Below are positions 56,299 through 64,000 of a stretch of DNA of 64,000 nucleotides, piece after piece; the first letter of the stretch is position 1, and each line of letters opens with the position of its first letter. The notes beneath the pieces are model-generated. The model was not told the DNA's origin. It did no database searches and saw only the letters and a program-made list of their open reading frames with translations. This DNA comes from Candidatus Multivoradales bacterium (GTDB taxonomy: Bacteria; Acidobacteriota; Thermoanaerobaculia; Multivoradales; JAHEKO01): the NCBI GenBank assembly GCA_965223155.1, contig CBDCVR010000013.1, positions 1,178,761 through 1,242,760 of the forward strand, written 5' to 3'. Position numbers and translations under genes: made by a program.

Positions 56299-58238
56299 AG
56301 CCCGGCGCCGGCCCGCCCGCACCCACTCGCCGCCGGGTTCTGGTGGGCACCGCGGGCCACGTCGATCACGGCAAAACCACGCTCATCGAAGCGCTGACCG
56401 GCATCGACTGCGATCGCTGGCAGGAAGAAAAGGACCGCGGCATCACCATCGATCTCGGGTTCGCCCATCTGGAACCCGCCGACCGGCCGGACCTGACCCT
56501 GGGCTTCGTCGACGTTCCCGGCCACGAGCGCTTTGTCGACAACGCTCTTGCCGGCCTGGGCGGCATCAAGATCGTGCTCCTGGTCGTGGCGGCGGACGAG
56601 GGCGTCAAGCCCCAGACCCACGAGCATCTCGACATCTGCACGCTGCTGGAGATTCCGGCCGCGCTGGTGGCCCTGACCAAAGCCGACCTGGTCGCCCCGG
56701 ATCTTCTCGAGCTGGCCCGGCTCGAAGTCGAGGAGCTGCTCGCGCCAACGCCGTTTGCGAACGCCGCGATCGTGCCGGTGTCCGCCACCTCCAGCTCGCG
56801 TCTCGACGAGTTCCGAGACGCTCTTCTTGAGCTCGCGGACCGACACGCCCTCGCCGAGGCCCCCGAAGGCCCCGCCCGGCTCCCCATCGACCGGAGCTTC
56901 GTCCTGCCAGGCCTGGGGACCATCGTCACCGGCACGCTGGCCGCCGGCGCCATCTCGGCCGGTGACACCCTCGAGCTCGTACCCGGCCGCGACCGTGCGC
57001 GGGTACGGAGCGTCCAGGTCCACGGCCGCGATCGAGAGCGCGCGCTCGCCGGCGAACGTGTGGCCTTGCGGCTCGCCGGAGTCGACCGCGAGCGATTGCT
57101 CCGAGGCGCGCAGCTCATCAGCCCGGAGGGCTTCTTCGAGACCCGCCACCTGGCGGCCACGCTTCGCCTGCTGGCCGCGGCCGAAGAAGTCGGTGAGGGT
57201 TGGACCCCAGTGCGGTTCCATCTAGCCTCGGCCGAGACTCCGGCTCGGATCCGCGCTCTCGACGGCCCGATCCCTCCCGCTGGCGAAGGCCGCGTCGAGA
57301 TCCGCCTCGCCCGGCCGGTCGCCGCCGCGCCCGGCGACCGCTGGATCTGCCGCCGCCTGTCGCCGGCCGCGACCCTGGGCGGCGGCGCGGTCCTAGATCC
57401 GGCTTGGACCAGCCTCGCCGCCAAGAACCGGCACGCGGCGCTCAGGCGTCTCGAGGGCCAGCGCTCCGGCCCGCTGCTCCTCTGGATCGAGAAGGCCGGC
57501 CTGGCCGGCCGGACCACCCAGGAGCTCGCCGAGCGCTCGGGCACCGACGCCGAGACGGCCGACCGCCGGCTTGGCGAGCTGGCCGCGAGCCAGAAGCTGC
57601 TGAAGGTGCCGGACGGCGCCGGCAGTAGGTGGATCCTGCCCGCAGCCTTCCGCCGTCTGGAAGAGCTCGCCCGTAACGAGCTGGCGGCCTACTTCCGAGC
57701 TCACCCCCTGGCGGCGGGCATGCCCAAGGCCGAGTTCCTGCAACAGATCCTGCCGCGCGGGGCGCATTCGCTGAGCACGACCTATCTTGCCTGGCTCGAG
57801 AAGAACGGGACGGTCGCGATTGACGGCCACCTGATCCTGAAACCCGGCCGCAGCGCCACGCTCTCGGACGAGGAGTCCAAGGCCTCACAAGCGATCTTGG
57901 GCCTCTTCCGCTCCGGCGGGCTGGCGCCGCCGGCGCCGTCCGACGTGAGCGCCGCCACCGGCGTCAAGCGCCAGATCCTGGACGGTCTCCTGCGCTTTCA
58001 CGTCGAACGGGGCGAGCTGGTCCGCCTGCCGGGCGAGCTCTTGATCGCGGCCGAGGCCGTGGCCTCGATTCGATCCGCCCTCGCGGACGAGGGCTGGGAG
58101 GAGTTTTCGGTGGCCGAGTTCAAAGATCGTTTCTCTCTATCGCGCAAGTGGGCGATTCCGCTTCTCGAGCACCTCGACTCGATCGGCGTGACCCGGCGCG
58201 TCGGCAACGCACGCCAGGTGATGAGCCGTGCCGGCTGA
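56295..58238 (+). CDS. selB: Selenocysteine-specific elongation factor SelB
   Basis: [32 protein letters not shown], winged-helix tail [13 protein letters not shown]. Confidence 0.95.
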   Translation: MKPGAGPPAPTRRRVLVGTAGHVDHGKTTLIEALTGIDCDRWQEEKDRGITIDLGFAHLEPADRPDLTLGFVDVPGHERFVDNALAGLGGIKIVLLVVAADEGVKPQTHEHLDICTLLEIPAALVALTKADLVAPDLLELARLEVEELLAPTPFANAAIVPVSATSSSRLDEFRDALLELADRHALAEAPEGPARLPIDRSFVLPGLGTIVTGTLAAGAISAGDTLELVPGRDRARVRSVQVHGRDRERALAGERVALRLAGVDRERLLRGAQLISPEGFFETRHLAATLRLLAAAEEVGEGWTPVRFHLASAETPARIRALDGPIPPAGEGRVEIRLARPVAAAPGDRWICRRLSPAATLGGGAVLDPAWTSLAAKNRHAALRRLEGQRSGPLLLWIEKAGLAGRTTQELAERSGTDAETADRRLGELAASQKLLKVPDGAGSRWILPAAFRRLEELARNELAAYFRAHPLAAGMPKAEFLQQILPRGAHSLSTTYLAWLEKNGTVAIDGHLILKPGRSATLSDEESKASQAILGLFRSGGLAPPAPSDVSAATGVKRQILDGLLRFHVERGELVRLPGELLIAAEAVASIRSALADEGWEEFSVAEFKDRFSLSRKWAIPLLEHLDSIGVTRRVGNARQVMSRAG

Positions 58239-58650
58239 ACCGGAGAGCGCCGCCGAGCGCACGATCGCGGTGGTCGGTGCCTCGGCCAACCGCGCCAAGT
58301 TCGGCAACAAGTGCGTCCGGGCGTACGCCGCCGAGGGCTGGACGGTCGTCCCGGTTCATCCGAGCGAGAGCGAAATCGAGGGCCTCCCGGCCGCCGCCAC
58401 GCTCGCCGAGGCCGCGCGAACCGCGAAGACAGTCGACCGCATCTCGTTCTACCTGCCGCCCTCGCTGACGCACGCGCTCCTGGCCGACGCGGCCGCCATC
58501 GCTATCGCCCTACCCGGCAAGACCACGGTCTGGCTCAACCCCGGCTCCTACAACGGCGCGGCGCTCGCCGAGGCCGAACGCCTGGGACTCGCGGCCGTCG
58601 CCGAGTGCAGCATCGTCGACATCGGCCGCAGCCCCTCCGAGTTCGCCTAG
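58228..58650 (+). CDS. CoA-binding protein (YccU-like)
   Basis: IAVVGASANRAKFG, VVPVHP, VWLNPG. Confidence 0.88.
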   Translation: MPAEPESAAERTIAVVGASANRAKFGNKCVRAYAAEGWTVVPVHPSESEIEGLPAAATLAEAARTAKTVDRISFYLPPSLTHALLADAAAIAIALPGKTTVWLNPGSYNGAALAEAERLGLAAVAECSIVDIGRSPSEFA

Positions 58651-58852
58651 CCGAAGCGGGACCGAAGTCGGGCCGGAGTCTCCTAATCGCAGTCTCCGGC
58701 CGATCGAAGGCGGGGCTCCCGACGCCGAGGCGTTGGATCGGCACCCGTTTCCGGTCAGGCGCCCGCCAGGCCTCCAGCAGGCCTCGAGCGGGGGGCCGCC
58801 TTGGCATCGCCAAGCCCCCGCCCACCCAATCCCTGCCCGGTAGACTTCGGGC

Positions 58853-59377
58853 ATGCACGCAACCCGACCGACCCCGAACGACGCCGACGCCTTCTACTTC
58901 ACCTACATCGACCAGGCTCCGGACGGCAACGTCGTGGAGCTGCTCGACCGGCAGCTCGACGACACCCTGGCCCTGGTGGCGCCTCTCGACGAGGAGGGAG
59001 CCCTTTACCGGTACCAGCCGGGCAAGTGGAGCATCAAACAGGTGCTCGGGCACCTGGCCGACGCCGAGCGGGTCTTCTCGTACCGGGCGCTGGCGTTCTC
59101 GCGCGGCGACACCCAGCCGATCCCGGGCATGGACCAGGACGTGTGGATCGGCGGGTCGCGCTTCGACGAGATCCCGGTCGCGGATCTGGCCGCAGAGCTG
59201 CGCGCGGTACGGCACGCCACGGTCGCGCTCCTCGGCTCGCTCTCGGAGGACCAGTGGCTGCGCCGGGGCGTGGCTTCCGACTGCGAGATCCAGGTCGGAG
59301 CCCTCCCCTGGATCATCGCCGGCCATGAGATCCATCACCGCCGCGTCCTCGCCGATCGCTACAGTCTGGAATCGTGA
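58853..59377 (+). CDS. DinB family protein
   Basis: YRYQPGKWSIKQVLGHLADAERVFSYRAL, AGHE.HH. Confidence 0.9.
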   Translation: MHATRPTPNDADAFYFTYIDQAPDGNVVELLDRQLDDTLALVAPLDEEGALYRYQPGKWSIKQVLGHLADAERVFSYRALAFSRGDTQPIPGMDQDVWIGGSRFDEIPVADLAAELRAVRHATVALLGSLSEDQWLRRGVASDCEIQVGALPWIIAGHEIHHRRVLADRYSLES

Positions 59378-59688
59378 CCGGCTTCGGCGTCGAGCTCGAG
59401 CTTCTGGTCCTCTACCTGGTCCAGACCCTGGGGCACTCGATCTTCGACCGCTTCGAGGTCGAGACCGCGTCCTGGCGGAAGGTCGTGAAGTGGCTCCTGG
59501 TCCTGGCGCTGACGCTTGGGGTCTACAGGTTTGCCGGCCACTGGGCGCTCGCGCTGCCGCTGGTGGCCGGCACCGCCGGCGTCCTCGGCCACTTCGCCTG
59601 GTGCCGCAAGAACGGCATCCATCCGCTCCAGGCGACGCCGCGCCGGCGCTACTACGAGCTGCGCGGCTGGGACTGGCCCGAGGCCTGA
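59374..59688 (+). CDS. Hypothetical membrane protein
   Basis: Two to three TM segments; C-terminus H..WCRKNGIHP....PR.RYY.LRGW. Confidence 0.7.
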   Translation: MTGFGVELELLVLYLVQTLGHSIFDRFEVETASWRKVVKWLLVLALTLGVYRFAGHWALALPLVAGTAGVLGHFAWCRKNGIHPLQATPRRRYYELRGWDWPEA

Positions 59689-59744
59689 TTTCTAGCAGCC
59701 CGTGGTGGGAGTCCGAGGGTTCGGCGAGCCAAGGCTGACGGAGG

Positions 59745-62449
<2,705 letters not shown>

Positions 62450-62521
62450 GGCGCGCCATTGTAGCCGGGGCCAGTCTCCCCCTCTGTGCGCTACACTCCC
62501 GCCGGAAGAGGGAGGAACGCA

Positions 62522-62794
62522 ATGTTCGAAATCATGGGTCTCGGCTCCTGGATACTGATGGGTCTCATCGCCGGCGCGGTAGGCAAGTTTCTGCTGCCGG
62601 GCAAGGATCCCGGCGGCTGCATCACGACTGCCCTGATCGGCATCGTCGGCGCCTTGTTGGGCGGTTTTCTGGCCACGTACCTCGGCTTCGGCGGCATCTC
62701 GGGCTTCGACGTACGGAGCCTCGTCGTCGCCACCCTGGGCGCTATCCTGCTCTTGATCGTGCTTCGCATCTTCAAGGGCGGCAAGCGCCGCTGA
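62522..62794 (+). CDS. GlsB/YeaQ/YmgE family stress-response membrane protein
   Basis: RBS GGAGG; WILMGLIAG...K.LLPG.DPGG...GIVGALLGG. Confidence 0.9.
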   Translation: MFEIMGLGSWILMGLIAGAVGKFLLPGKDPGGCITTALIGIVGALLGGFLATYLGFGGISGFDVRSLVVATLGAILLLIVLRIFKGGKRR

Positions 62795-62823
62795 CGGCAC
62801 GACGCCTGCAAGGGACGCCCGGC

Positions 62824-64000
62824 ATGAAGCGTGCGCTCGTTGTCCTCGCCCGCCGTGGCAGGCCATCTCGGTCGTTCTTTACGCCGCCTCGGCGTCCGAG
62901 AAGGCCAGCAAGCTGCGCAACCGGGGCTTCGCCGAGCTCGAAAACGAGCAACCGGCAAAGGCCGAAGAGACGTTCGCCTTGCTCGCCAAGGCGACTCCCG
63001 ACGACCCGCTGCCCTGGGCCAATCTGGCGATCGCCCGCTTGCGTCAGCAGAAGACCGAGCCCGCGCTCGAGGCCATCGGCAAGGGCCTCGAACAGTTCCC
63101 CGACGACTATCGGCTGATCGCCATTCGCGGCGAGATCGAGAGCTGGTCGGGCCGGACCGACGCCGCCCTCGAGTCGTTTCGCAGCGCGGCGTCCCTGGCG
63201 CCGGAGGACATCGAGGCCCAGTACACGCTCTACCGCACCGCCCACCACCACCGGCGGCGAGGGCGCGGACGAGAGATTACAGCGCCGGCGAGGCTCTGGA
63301 CCGCCTGGCCCGGCTCCGTCCCGAGAATCTCCTGGTTCTCCTGCAATTGGGCCGGAGCGCCCGCGAGTCGGGCGACCGGGCCGCGGCCAGCAGTGCCTAT
63401 CTGCGCATCCGCGATCTCATCTGGCAGGCGCCGGCCGGCGCGGACAAGATCCTGGACGGGATTCTGGACAGTCTCGAAGCCGGCGAGCTCGACGCCATCC
63501 GGGTGCCTTCGCTGCGCTTGGAGAACCTGCTCAAGGTGACTCCGATGTACCGCGAGAGCCTGCGCGAGCTCCAGACCGGCATTCAGGGCCTGCCGATCGC
63601 GGCCTTCGGGCGCGAGCCCCAGGCGACCGACTTCGGCTCGCCGGCCAAGACCCGGTTTCGAGGACGCCGCATCGCCAAGGGCGCCGGGCGAGCGCTGGCC
63701 GTCGCCGACCTGACCGGAAACGAGCGCCCCGAGCTCATCCGCCTGGCCGGCGACGGACGGCTCTGGGTCCTTCCCGCGGCCGGCGGCGAAGGCGTCCTGG
63801 CCGGCTCTGCCGGCAAGGCCGAGCGGTTGCTCATCGCCGACCTCGACAACGACGGCGGCCAGGACGTCCTGGCCTACGGCGACGAGGCCTCGTCCTTGTG
63901 GCGCAATCAGGGACCGGGTGACGGCGGTCGTCTTGGCAAGGAAAGCGAGGCCTTCGGTCTCGCCGGCCTGCGGGGCGCGGCCGCGGCGGTCGTCGACTTC
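62824..64000 (+). CDS. Secreted TPR plus FG-GAP repeat protein, with several frameshifts; runs off the window
   Basis: TPR-like WANLAIARLR and DLDNDGGQD motifs spread over different frames; apparent 1-nt insertions in C-runs near 62850-62863 and more indels near 63245-63290. Confidence 0.6.

Overview
High-GC bacterial chromosomal window. The gene content and style (FG-GAP/ASPIC proteins, TonB-dependent receptors, selB, rplU-rpmA-obgE-nadD-rsfS) suggest an Acidobacteriota-like organism, but that is inference. It is mostly housekeeping and metabolic genes: an acyl-CoA catabolic cluster, a peptide ABC transporter, queA, gcvT/H, rmuC, pcm, mtaB, uvrA, smpB, selB and polA. It also holds tRNA-Lys(CTT), tRNA-Ala(CGC) and two small AT-richer islets with IS remnants. 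Best leads: (1) a sigma54 locus where a GAF-domain enhancer-binding protein sits upstream of candidate enhancer sites, an IHF-like site and a -24/-12 promoter for a 52-aa membrane micro-protein, followed by an RsbW/RsbV/RsbU partner-switching trio whose phosphatase carries a GAF paralogous to the activator's; (2) a regulator-less enhancer-binding protein with intact GAFTGA but degenerate Walker A/B motifs, coupled to the ribosome-biogenesis operon; (3) a stand-alone FhuF-type CC-x10-C-x2-C mini-protein behind a TonB receptor; (4) a DUF2946-like CxxC/RGPP leader ORF before a ZnuD-like receptor; (5) an orphan DnaA-box/IHF-like cluster upstream of gcvT; (6) a bacterial GTDC1/QTMAN-like glycosyltransferase; (7) many apparently leaderless genes. 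Frameshifts after about 61.6 kb (polA and the last gene) are probably sequencing errors. All family calls come from motif recognition by eye; no database search was run.
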